DNA of 32,000 nucleotides, from NCBI RefSeq assembly GCF_000299365.1, contig NC_018655.1, positions 1,590,001 through 1,622,000 of the forward strand, read 5' to 3'. Below the pieces are notes generated by a model, which was given only the letters and a program-made list of their open reading frames with translations, did not search any database and was not told the DNA's origin. The position numbers were made by a program, and so were the translations under genes. This DNA comes from Candidatus Nitrosopumilus koreensis AR1. Its GTDB lineage: Archaea > Thermoproteota > Nitrososphaeria > Nitrososphaerales > Nitrosopumilaceae. Shown piece after piece: positions 1 to 7,720 of the stretch. Positions within the stretch are counted from its first letter, which is position 1. Each line of letters starts with the position of its first letter.

Positions 1-88
1 GTAAAGTCATTTAGAAAGAATTACCAAAAGGTGAAATTCTGTTTTGACAATAAATTAGGCGCATATGAATATGTCAAATTGCGATAAT

Positions 89-3000
89 TCAGGCATAGTC
101 TGTAAGAAGTGATTGGTCGCCTGGACTTTTTCCAAATACTAATTCAATTTCATCAGCAAGTGCATGAATCCTTCCCCGTTGATATTCACTAACATCATAT
201 TTGTCAACAAGTCTTTTTGCAAGTTTCAAATATTTTTCTACAGAGCCACGAGTTATTGTAGGAATTAGTTTATGGCCACATACACAAGTTTGGATTAGTG
301 GCATACGTCGATAAGATTTACCACATCCAGTACACCTAAAGTTTTGTCTAGCATATGCTCTTAGATTTCCCATAATGTCTGGTACAAGATGAGTTGAAAT
401 GACATCTGAAACAATTTCTGAAGTATTTACAGCATCAATCAATTCTGCATTTTTAACTTGCATATCAAATTTGTCTAGCATCGATCCAAGAGTCGAATAT
501 GCACTGCGTGATTTTGAAGTTGTAAGAGATGATGTTGAGTGAGTGAAATAATAGTCATAAAACTGTCTTTCTGTTTCAAGTCTAGATTTGATAATTTCAA
601 CTGATGAAATATCTGGGGCTTTGACTTGTTGAATTGTTGATTCAAAAAATTCCAAAGGAAATGATTTTGTGACCTCAAGATTATGTGCTTGTGGTTGGGA
701 TTCATGTGGTAAAACAAGAGGTTGAACAAGCAGTGGCGCATCCATCAATCCACCTATAGCATCTGAAAGGAATTGTCTTGAAAAATTCAAAAGACTATCC
801 ATCAATAACATTATTGAGTCAGCATCGCCGTCTGCGTCCCTTCTTTTTGCTGAATGCCAGTTGGGAGTTGCAAAACAGACATGGGTTTCAGAATATCCAA
901 TGATTCTACCTACTATGCCAACTGATGTATGAGGAGCAAGACCAATTACCAAATGTCCAATCAGTTCTTTTGAGTTGTGTACATTGTAAAATGGAGTTTT
1001 ACCATAGAATTTTTCTAAAAGCGTATCAATGTATTTGCAGATAGAAACAAGATATCTTCCACTTTCATAGGGGATTACCACATCTTGCATACGGAGTTCA
1101 ACTATCTGTTCAGGATTTTCAAGGGGGTTGCCATCAATATCATGCGTATAACCTAATTCTTTGAGTTTTTCAATTGAGGTTCCAATCCAAGACGGTTTGA
1201 ATTGTGTGAGAGGTGAGTTTGTCGCATCAAATCTGACAGTTCCATCTTTGAACACTGTAAGTCCAAAGTTTTGTCGGGCAAGTCCTTTTTCCAAAGGTTC
1301 GGCAATCTTATCTTGACTGATTAATTCCTTTACTCCCTTGAATGGTTCTTGTGCACGTAAACGGATTTTTTCTTGAGCTTCAAGGAGTTTTGATTTTAAT
1401 GGAAATTCTTTATGTGAATACGCTAAAGCGGTTCGTTTGCATTTATCACAAAAAGGTTCTTCAAGTGTATCTCTACAATAAGGACACCTATAAGAAACGG
1501 TAGTTTTTGTACCACATTTTGAGCATTTTATTCCAATTGATGGTTGGTTACATTGTGTACAATGTCGATTGTAAATGTTAGTGAAAAAGTGTTCATTTCT
1601 AGATGCCTTTAACAGATCCCGTGTAGGCCCACCTTTGTCACTTATAGGAAACAACACATGTGTTGGCGGTTTCATCTGTCTAGGTGCAGCCTTTTCTGGT
1701 CTTCCAATCCTAACCCCAATAGATGTAGAAAACTTGTTTCTAATTTTAATTCCAGAGGATTTTGAAATTAATTGAGGAACGGATGAATCATTGATTTTAA
1801 TTTGCTCTCGAAATAATAAATTAAAGAAAATTTTTGCTTCAAGGTTTTCAAGGAGGATGTTATCATTTTCAACTATATGTGGAACTCCTAATGTTTCAAG
1901 GATTTTTTTTACTTGTATAGAATATTCAATTGAGGTTTCATTGATTTTTTCAGGTTGTAAAAGTAGGTTGAGTTCTTCGGAGGATATTTTATCCCAAAAA
2001 TACAGATAGTGTGGGTGAAGAGCCATATCAAAATCAATGGAGATTTTTAATGCTTCATCTATGGTTGGTATTTTATTGAGAAATTGGGTCAGATATTGAT
2101 CCTTAGGTTCATATTTTTGGAGTTTTTGTTTTAGCTCTTCTATCCAGAATTCTTCTACATATCCTGATGGGATAAGTTGAGCATTATTTTCTAGGAAATC
2201 TCCAAACGATATTAGAATATCTCCAAGATGAAGTATTTTTTCAATGTCATTTTTAATTTCTATTCCATGTTTTGTATCTCTAATCTTCACAACATTTCCA
2301 TTTTTCAGACGAACCACAGGAGTATCAATTGAATCAACAAATGCAACAGTAGAACCTTTTCCTGGAGTATCAATTTTAATTTGAGTTCCGACTGCAATTG
2401 TATGATCAAGTATCTCTGCAATTACAGGATGAATTCCGACTGCTGCAAAACCAGTATTACATGCTCTTCCATATCTTAATCGGAATCCGCCTAGTTTGTT
2501 AGGCATTGACAAGACTGATCTTCCTGTAATTACCTCATGCATCCTTTTTGTGGCTGCGTCTTCTTGTTTTTCACCAGTTTGAACAGCACCTTTTAGATCA
2601 TTGAGCCATTCCCAGCCATCAAGATTGTACATTTCAATTCTTTTGAGTAGTTTTTTGGATCTTCCAATAAGACCGTCATTTAGAACACGTAAGGCACCTC
2701 CTCGTACTCTATCAGTTTTTATTCGTGCCATAGATTTGTGGTTTACAACCTCATAAGGATCTGTGTCTACACCATCTAGTTCTACAGGTAGATTTGAAAT
2801 CACATGTTCAATATCTTCATCCAGTATATGGAATTGAAAACTACTTGCCTCTCTTTCATAGATTCTTAATTCCTCGACAAACCTGCCTGTTTCATCATCA
2901 AAAGAATTGGCTTGAAACTTTGCTAATCCGGCTGTCTTTCTAACATGATCAGCTATCAACATCGTAACGGCTGATTCTGTTCCTCCTGCTGAACGCATAG

Positions 3001-3466
3001 GGCCTGCAATAGAGACTGAAAGATATTCAGAGCCGTCTTTGTTTTTCTTTATCTTAACTTCACTGATTCCTTGTAAAGGAGCAATGGTAACTCCTTCAGT
3101 GACGATTGCCAATCCGACACGAACCGCCAAGTCAAGTTTTTCTTCCAAAGTCGAATCAGGTAGAGAGTATTTTCCTTGTGCAATCTCTTTTGATAGAATT
3201 AGTGCAGAAAGTTCTTTTCCATTGATTTTTAAGAGTTCTCTTAGAGGTTCAGCAATATCAATCTCATGCATTTTTGCTACACGATCAGCAAGATCAAATG
3301 CGATTTTCGGCTCAATTATGCCTGAGGAATCAACCAAACTGGATTTTGCAGATGCTGCAGCTTCAAAAATAGAATATGTTTCTGTGGACAAGTTTGAGTA
3401 ATAATCAAGATAGTAATCAGGCATTTTGATGCCACTAATACGAGAAATTGCATCGTTTTCAGACAT
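89..3466 (-). CDS. polC: DNA polymerase II (family D) large catalytic subunit DP2
   Basis: Uninterrupted 1125-aa ORF of DP2 size. It has several Cys4 zinc-finger clusters (CTQC..CSKCG, CPYC..CDKC, CTGCG..CVCG) and an N-terminal region typical of archaeal PolD large subunits. Confidence 0.85.
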   Translation of the reverse strand: MSENDAISRISGIKMPDYYLDYYSNLSTETYSIFEAAASAKSSLVDSSGIIEPKIAFDLADRVAKMHEIDIAEPLRELLKINGKELSALILSKEIAQGKYSLPDSTLEEKLDLAVRVGLAIVTEGVTIAPLQGISEVKIKKNKDGSEYLSVSIAGPMRSAGGTESAVTMLIADHVRKTAGLAKFQANSFDDETGRFVEELRIYEREASSFQFHILDEDIEHVISNLPVELDGVDTDPYEVVNHKSMARIKTDRVRGGALRVLNDGLIGRSKKLLKRIEMYNLDGWEWLNDLKGAVQTGEKQEDAATKRMHEVITGRSVLSMPNKLGGFRLRYGRACNTGFAAVGIHPVIAEILDHTIAVGTQIKIDTPGKGSTVAFVDSIDTPVVRLKNGNVVKIRDTKHGIEIKNDIEKILHLGDILISFGDFLENNAQLIPSGYVEEFWIEELKQKLQKYEPKDQYLTQFLNKIPTIDEALKISIDFDMALHPHYLYFWDKISSEELNLLLQPEKINETSIEYSIQVKKILETLGVPHIVENDNILLENLEAKIFFNLLFREQIKINDSSVPQLISKSSGIKIRNKFSTSIGVRIGRPEKAAPRQMKPPTHVLFPISDKGGPTRDLLKASRNEHFFTNIYNRHCTQCNQPSIGIKCSKCGTKTTVSYRCPYCRDTLEEPFCDKCKRTALAYSHKEFPLKSKLLEAQEKIRLRAQEPFKGVKELISQDKIAEPLEKGLARQNFGLTVFKDGTVRFDATNSPLTQFKPSWIGTSIEKLKELGYTHDIDGNPLENPEQIVELRMQDVVIPYESGRYLVSICKYIDTLLEKFYGKTPFYNVHNSKELIGHLVIGLAPHTSVGIVGRIIGYSETHVCFATPNWHSAKRRDADGDADSIMLLMDSLLNFSRQFLSDAIGGLMDAPLLVQPLVLPHESQPQAHNLEVTKSFPLEFFESTIQQVKAPDISSVEIIKSRLETERQFYDYYFTHSTSSLTTSKSRSAYSTLGSMLDKFDMQVKNAELIDAVNTSEIVSDVISTHLVPDIMGNLRAYARQNFRCTGCGKSYRRMPLIQTCVCGHKLIPTITRGSVEKYLKLAKRLVDKYDVSEYQRGRIHALADEIELVFGKSPGDQSLLTDYA

Positions 3467-3478
3467 ACTAGAGTTCTA

Positions 3479-4231
3479 TCACTTGCTTCTTTGAATTGCT
3501 TTTGCTATTTCTTGGAGTTTTTTAAGACTACCACCTTTTTCAAGGAATGTGCCTATTACCAATGCATCAGCTCCTGCTTTCACTAAACTTTGGGCAGTTT
3601 TTACATCCTTAATGCCCCCACCTACAATCAAAAATCCATTAAACGTGTGTCTTACAGTTTTAACCATCTCTGGGGTGACACTAGATTTTGCACCAGAACC
3701 TGCCTCAAGATATACAAATCTCATTCCAAGAAATTGGGCTGCAAGTGCATATGCTGCGGCAATTTTGGGTTTTTCAAATGGAATGCCCCTTGCAGAACCA
3801 ACAAACCATGCAGATGTTCCATCTCCAATTACAAGATATGCTGTTGGAAGTGGTTCTAGACCAAATTTGAGAACGCTTGGAGCCCCCAAAGCTTGGGCTT
3901 GGGAAATAAAATATGGATTCTCTGAGTTCATCAAAGAACTGAAAAGTATTGCATCTGCTTCAGGCACGACACCTGTAACATTACCAGGAAACAAGATTAT
4001 TGGGATTTTGATGCCTTTTTTGATTCCTTTTACCACTTGTGCCATCTCTATTTGATCTGTAGCAGAGGAACCTCCAACTAAGATTGCAGACGCACCAATT
4101 TTTTCGACATCTTTGGCAAGTTTGGCTGAAGCTTCTAAGTTTGATACCTCAGAATCTATTAGAATAAACAATAGTGCGTTTTTCTTTTTTAATTCTGATT
4201 TCAGGAATGTTTCGACTTTGTTTCCAGCCAT
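3479..4231 (-). CDS. geranylgeranylglyceryl phosphate synthase (GGGPS/PcrB family)
   Basis: 250-aa ORF 12 nt downstream of polC on the same strand. Gly-rich motifs ILVGGSS, YLEAGSGA and LIVGGGIK are typical of the GGGPS/PcrB TIM barrel. Confidence 0.75.
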   Translation of the reverse strand: MAGNKVETFLKSELKKKNALLFILIDSEVSNLEASAKLAKDVEKIGASAILVGGSSATDQIEMAQVVKGIKKGIKIPIILFPGNVTGVVPEADAILFSSLMNSENPYFISQAQALGAPSVLKFGLEPLPTAYLVIGDGTSAWFVGSARGIPFEKPKIAAAYALAAQFLGMRFVYLEAGSGAKSSVTPEMVKTVRHTFNGFLIVGGGIKDVKTAQSLVKAGADALVIGTFLEKGGSLKKLQEIAKAIQRSK

Positions 4232-4296
4232 AGAAATGGTTCGTATGTGGCTCTTTAAAGTTTAATTGGAATGCAATTATACAGATTTGTATAGCT

Positions 4297-4659
4297 ATGA
4301 CAGGGTTTGAAGAATCTAATTTTAACAACATTATTAAAAAAATTATCAAAAAATCTTTGTTTACGGAGCGACAAATTGAAATTATTTTAAATCAAAAGAA
4401 TCTTCTTGATTCAGAGTTTTCCATCTCAAAAGGTGCGTATTATAGGCAAGTTGGGCAGTCTAGGGAGAAATTAGTTGCATTATTCTATTCAATCATACTT
4501 TTACGTGGTCTAGGCATCATTTTGCCTGATGATATAGACGTGATATCAAAGCTTTCTGAGCAGATTAGTGTGATAAATGAGAGTGATATATTCCCAGAAA
4601 GGGAAGATGAGGTCATTGATGTGATTGACAGGCTTGTTAGGCAGGCATGTAATGTGTGA
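4297..4659 (+). CDS. small putative helix-turn-helix DNA-binding protein
   Basis: 120-aa ATG-initiated ORF. The segment LFTERQIEIILNQ...ISKGAYYRQVGQSREKL resembles Tfx / sigma-70 region-4 type HTH. The function is tentative. Confidence 0.5.
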   Translation: MTGFEESNFNNIIKKIIKKSLFTERQIEIILNQKNLLDSEFSISKGAYYRQVGQSREKLVALFYSIILLRGLGIILPDDIDVISKLSEQISVINESDIFPEREDEVIDVIDRLVRQACNV

Positions 4660-4663
4660 TGTT
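4642..4663 (+). repeat. copy 1 of a perfect 22-bp direct repeat CAGGCATGTAATGTGTGATGTT
   Basis: Read directly from the sequence. It covers the last codons and the TGA stop of ORF 4297-4659. Confidence 0.95.
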
Positions 4664-4767
4664 GTGAGAATTGTTCATCAAACAAGTTGAATTGTTTGTG
4701 ATAAGGTATGTGAGTTTGTTAATCTAAAGTGTGAAATAATGTTGTTCTATCACGATAAATCACGATA

Positions 4768-4789
4768 CAGGCATGTAATGTGTGATGTT
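4768..4789 (+). repeat. copy 2 of the perfect 22-bp direct repeat CAGGCATGTAATGTGTGATGTT
   Basis: Read directly from the sequence. It covers the GTG/ATG start of ORF 4782-5387, 126 bp from copy 1. Confidence 0.95.
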
Positions 4790-5387
4790 AGTTGAAATTC
4801 CGGACCCAGAAGTGATTTTGGGTGTGATTTTAGCCTTCATAGTAGGTTTGGGAGGGTTGTATGGATACTATAAGATTCGTCCATTCATAAAATCTAGGAG
4901 TGATATGGTTGATGCATCACAATCTGAACGTTTGGAGTATTATGAAAGGCAATTAATTGACATGAAAATACGCCTAGATGCATTAGAAATACAGGGAATT
5001 GAGCAAAAAACAGTGGATCCAAATTTAGAATTAAAGCAATTCTTGGAGAAATTAACAAAAAATGAAGTTAAGAGTAAGGAAAACCCAATATCACAAGAGT
5101 CACAACCAACATCTGAAAAACCAATATCCACGCCTAAAAGTTCCAATATTGAGCACACAAACCCTACCAATCATGTGTTGCATTTAATCACAAACAAGGA
5201 TATGACATCACGTGACATACAAATCACATTAAAGAAGAGTCGAGAACACACTTCAAGATTGATGAAAAAATTGTTTGAAGAAGGACTTGTTAACAGAAAT
5301 ACACAAACCAAACCATACACTTATTCTATTACTGAAAAAGGAAAAGAAAAGGTTGAGGAAGTCGAAACAAACCCAGTTGTTGTTTGA
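4782..5387 (+). CDS. membrane-anchored winged-helix (MarR/ArsR-like) protein
   Basis: 201-aa ORF with an N-terminal hydrophobic helix (ILGVILAFIVGLGGLYGYY), a coiled-coil segment, a Ser/Pro/Thr-rich linker and a C-terminal wHTH-like segment (MTSRDIQITLKKSREHTSRLMKKLFEEGLVNRN..KPYTYSITEKG). The start is GTG 4782 or ATG 4785. Confidence 0.6.
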   Translation: MMLVEIPDPEVILGVILAFIVGLGGLYGYYKIRPFIKSRSDMVDASQSERLEYYERQLIDMKIRLDALEIQGIEQKTVDPNLELKQFLEKLTKNEVKSKENPISQESQPTSEKPISTPKSSNIEHTNPTNHVLHLITNKDMTSRDIQITLKKSREHTSRLMKKLFEEGLVNRNTQTKPYTYSITEKGKEKVEEVETNPVVV

Positions 5388-5512
5388 AGATATTTTTCCA
5401 GTTTTCCCAAAGTCATTTTGTATAATTTTAGGCTAAAATTACAGGTTTTTATTATTAATTATAATTTACATAATTTATTAAATTATATATATTATTAAAT
5501 TATAGTCATAAT

Positions 5513-5674
5513 ATGTCCGTACAAGAAAATGAGGTTTTAGTAAAGATTACATCTGCAGGAACTATTTCTATTCCAAAACAGTTTAGAAAGTATATGGACA
5601 TTCAAAAAGGTGAATATGTTAAATTGATTTTGGGAAAAGACCGTCTTATTGTTAGAAAAATCATTATTTCTTGA
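5513..5674 (+). CDS. AbrB/SpoVT/MazE-type DNA-binding domain protein (53 aa, not in the supplied ORF track)
   Basis: My own translation from ATG 5513 to TGA 5672-5674 gives MSVQENEVLVKITSAGTISIPKQFRKYMDIQKGEYVKLILGKDRLIVRKIIIS. The pattern G.ISIPK..R....I..GE.V.L matches the swapped-hairpin AbrB fold signature. An extremely AT-rich promoter-like region lies upstream. Confidence 0.6.
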   Translation: MSVQENEVLVKITSAGTISIPKQFRKYMDIQKGEYVKLILGKDRLIVRKIIIS

Positions 5675-5678
5675 TCAG

Positions 5679-6065
5679 TTAGTGTTGTTTTTGGCCAATT
5701 TTTATGGTTTGGTAGGTCCATTCTCTACCATTTCTAATCCTATCCACCCTACCTTTTGATGAAAATCTGGATAAATATGTAGAAATTACACTAAGTTTGA
5801 TAGGTTCATTGAATTCATCTTCGTATTTCTCAAGAATGTTTGTTGATGTGAATTTTCCCATTGGGAAGAATTTATCTACAATATGCCAAATTTTAGAGCC
5901 TACAGAATCTATGTTTGTTGTTTCTTGCTCTTCTTCTATATTCATCAAATCCATCATTTCAAATATCTTCAAGACTTTTTCCCTAGTCACATTACCTTCT
6001 AATTTAATATCATAACGTGCACCATCAGTATCTTCCATATCTATACGAATACGTTTTTTGGCCAT
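5679..6065 (-). CDS. small winged-helix-like protein divergent from orc1/cdc6 across the origin
   Basis: 128-aa ORF. The C-terminal segment FTSTNILEKYEDEFNEPIKLSVISTYLSRFSSKGRVDRIRNGREWTYQ looks like helix-turn-helix plus a beta-wing. The start codon abuts the origin region. Confidence 0.55.
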   Translation of the reverse strand: MAKKRIRIDMEDTDGARYDIKLEGNVTREKVLKIFEMMDLMNIEEEQETTNIDSVGSKIWHIVDKFFPMGKFTSTNILEKYEDEFNEPIKLSVISTYLSRFSSKGRVDRIRNGREWTYQTIKIGQKQH

Positions 6066-6218
6066 AGGATCTATTCGATCTGATGTTAACAGTTCAAATG
6101 ATCCGCGAATTTTTGTTAACTAAGTGGTTTGTTAACGTTGACTGTGTAAGCCACGCCTAGTCATTATTTTGTTATTAACAACTGATTATAATTAATTCCC
6201 CCAAACCATAGATTAATC

Positions 6219-6243
6219 ACGCCTGGAGTGGAAATAAAGGGGT
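6219..6243 (+). repeat. origin recognition box ORB-1 (ACGCCTGGAGTGGAAATAAAGGGGT)
   Basis: Perfect 25-bp repeat. The GTGGAAA core plus a 3' G-string resembles archaeal ORB elements bound by Orc1/Cdc6. Confidence 0.8.
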
Positions 6244-6280
6244 TATTTTTACCATATTCACACTGTTAACGTCAATCTTA

Positions 6281-6305
6281 ACGCCTGGAGTGGAAATAAA
6301 GGGGT
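6281..6305 (+). repeat. origin recognition box ORB-2 (identical to ORB-1)
   Basis: Identical 25-mer lying 62 bp downstream of ORB-1 in the same orientation. Confidence 0.8.
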
Positions 6306-6375
6306 CAAAATGGGGTTTTTTTGTAATTCCTTAACAAGAAATTAACAGTTTGTTAACACCAAAACCCACACACCA

Positions 6376-6387
6376 TTATTTCCACTC
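6376..6387 (-). repeat. inverted mini-ORB (TTATTTCCACTC)
   Basis: Matches 12 of 13 positions of the reverse complement of the GGAGTGGAAATAA core. It sits at the edge of the A/T-rich stretch. Confidence 0.55.
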
Positions 6388-6480
6388 TTCTTTTTTTAAT
6401 TATTTTTTTTTGGGGAAAAAACAAAAACAAACTAAAAATAATTAATTACAAACTAAACTACAATTACTATTCTATTCTTT
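6388..6480. other. A/T-rich duplex unwinding element (DUE) candidate
   Basis: About 93 bp of almost pure A/T with long T and A runs. ACAAACTAAA occurs twice, 21 bp apart (6427-6436 and 6448-6457). Confidence 0.6.
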
Positions 6481-6532
6481 ACTCTCTTAATTTAGATATG
6501 GATATGATGATATTGATAGGAAACAAAGGTGT

Positions 6533-7720
6533 GTGAGTATGTCGGACCCAATTGATAGGTTGTTAGATGCCGCTGAATCTGGAAAATCAATTATTAAAAA
6601 CAGAGAAATCCTACATTTTACCTATATTCCAAAAACCATCCAACATAGAAATGATGAACAGGAGCAGGTTACCCAATCTCTATTACCAATTCTTAAACAA
6701 TCCAGACCATCAAACCTTCTAGTATATGGAAAACCTGGCACCGGCAAAACACTTGTTGTTAAAAAAATTATTTCAAAAATTCAAGAAAGGGTAGAGAAAT
6801 CGAATTTCCCAATAAAACTAATCTACTCTAACTCAAAAAAAGAGACCACACTTTATGGATTATTAGTAAGTTTTGGCCGTCAATTAGGATTAAATGAAAA
6901 AGAATTACCCTCAACTGGTTTGGCTATTAGTGAGGTTTTCAAACGAATCCTAAATAATATTAATCAAGAAAAAACCAATGTAGTCTTTGTAATTGATGAA
7001 ATTGATTATCTTGCAGAATTGGTTTCAAAAACTGGCAAGGATATACTTTACCAACTAACTAGAGCCAATGAAACTCTTAACACTGGTTCACTAACTTTGA
7101 TTGGGATCTCAAATGACTTGACCTTCAAAGAAAAACTAGATCCTAGGGTGATTAGTGGTCTTGGAGAAGAGGAAATTGTCTTTACAAACTATAATGTTGA
7201 ACAAATCAAAAAGATTCTAGAGGAGAGAATATCTGAGGCTTTCGAGGCTGATTCTGTAGACGAATCAGCACTAAATCTATGTGCTGCTTTGGCAGGGGGG
7301 GAGCATGGTGATGCAAGACGAGCAATCGATTTGATTAGGGTTGCAGGAGAATTAGCCGAAAGGCAACAATCAGACAAAGTCACTGAAAACCATGTCCGAG
7401 AAGCCTCTCAAAAAATTGAAGAAAATAAAGAAGAAACATCCCTCAAATCATATCCTCTGCATGAGAAACTAGTCATACTTGCTATAATGAAGGCTAATGG
7501 TTCATCTACTGGAGAAATCTATTCATCATACAAAAATCTCTGTAAAGTAGTAGGGCGAGACGAACTTACCCAAAGAAGAATTACTCAAATGTTAAGTGAG
7601 ATTGAACTTTCTGGGATAATCTCTGGAAGACTAGTACACCAAGGAATTCATGGTAGAACCAAAAAATACAAACTAACAATTCCATCTGAAATGATAAAAA
7701 GACCTTCAAAGATGATTTAA
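6533..7720 (+). CDS. cdc6: Orc1/Cdc6 replication initiator
   Basis: 395-aa ORF with the AAA+ Walker A motif GKPGTGKT, the Walker B motif VFVIDEID and a C-terminal winged helix (GRTKKYKL). It lies next to the ORB repeats. The likely start is ATG 6539. Confidence 0.9.
   Translation: MSMSDPIDRLLDAAESGKSIIKNREILHFTYIPKTIQHRNDEQEQVTQSLLPILKQSRPSNLLVYGKPGTGKTLVVKKIISKIQERVEKSNFPIKLIYSNSKKETTLYGLLVSFGRQLGLNEKELPSTGLAISEVFKRILNNINQEKTNVVFVIDEIDYLAELVSKTGKDILYQLTRANETLNTGSLTLIGISNDLTFKEKLDPRVISGLGEEEIVFTNYNVEQIKKILEERISEAFEADSVDESALNLCAALAGGEHGDARRAIDLIRVAGELAERQQSDKVTENHVREASQKIEENKEETSLKSYPLHEKLVILAIMKANGSSTGEIYSSYKNLCKVVGRDELTQRRITQMLSEIELSGIISGRLVHQGIHGRTKKYKLTIPSEMIKRPSKMI

Larger units (their letters stand above)
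6085..6357. promoter_or_regulatory. cluster of five GTTAAC palindromes plus additional TTAAC half-sites
   Basis: GTTAAC occurs at 6085-6090, 6115-6120, 6131-6136, 6265-6270 and 6352-6357. Three of them are TTTGTTAAC. TTAAC half-sites lie near 6278, 6331 and 6342. Confidence 0.6.
6066..6532. promoter_or_regulatory. chromosomal replication origin (oriC) region
   Basis: A 467-bp non-coding gap upstream of orc1/cdc6 containing ORB-like repeats, an inverted mini-ORB and an A/T-rich unwinding element. Confidence 0.8.

Noticed and set aside
475-741. Many track ORFs lie antisense to or nested inside long conserved genes. Examples are 475-741, 1575-1775, 1791-2009, 3039-3401, 3549-4055, 8576-8998, 10974-11279, 15754-16155, 20604-20894, 23684-24016, 24884-25177, 27964-28269 and 30797-31189.
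   Set aside because: They are shadow ORFs inside strongly supported genes. They have low-complexity or Ser/Cys/Phe-rich compositions and no motifs. In an AT-rich genome, long antisense open frames over real genes are expected.
5440-5512. The extremely AT-rich stretch with a TTATTAAATTATA repeat as a second unwinding element or origin.
   Set aside because: No ORB-like boxes lie nearby. It sits where the promoter of the AbrB-type ORF is expected, and low-complexity AT repeats are common in this genome's intergenic DNA.
5513-6065. The AbrB-type ORF plus its neighbour as a toxin-antitoxin pair.
   Set aside because: The neighbouring gene is on the opposite strand in convergent orientation. It looks like a wHTH protein rather than a PIN, MazF or other toxin fold.
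6219-6305. The direct repeats at the origin as a mini CRISPR array.
   Set aside because: There are only two copies, no cas genes, and the repeat matches ORB features. The location next to cdc6 and an A/T-rich DUE explains them.
7696-7700. Possible third homopolymer frameshift, at the A5 run near the 3' end of cdc6. One extra A would change the tail from ..EMIKRPSKMI to ..EMIKKTFKDDLTLQDIV.
   Set aside because: Both tails are short and plausible, the winged helix is already complete, and no in-window paralogue is available for comparison. It cannot be decided without orthologues or reads.
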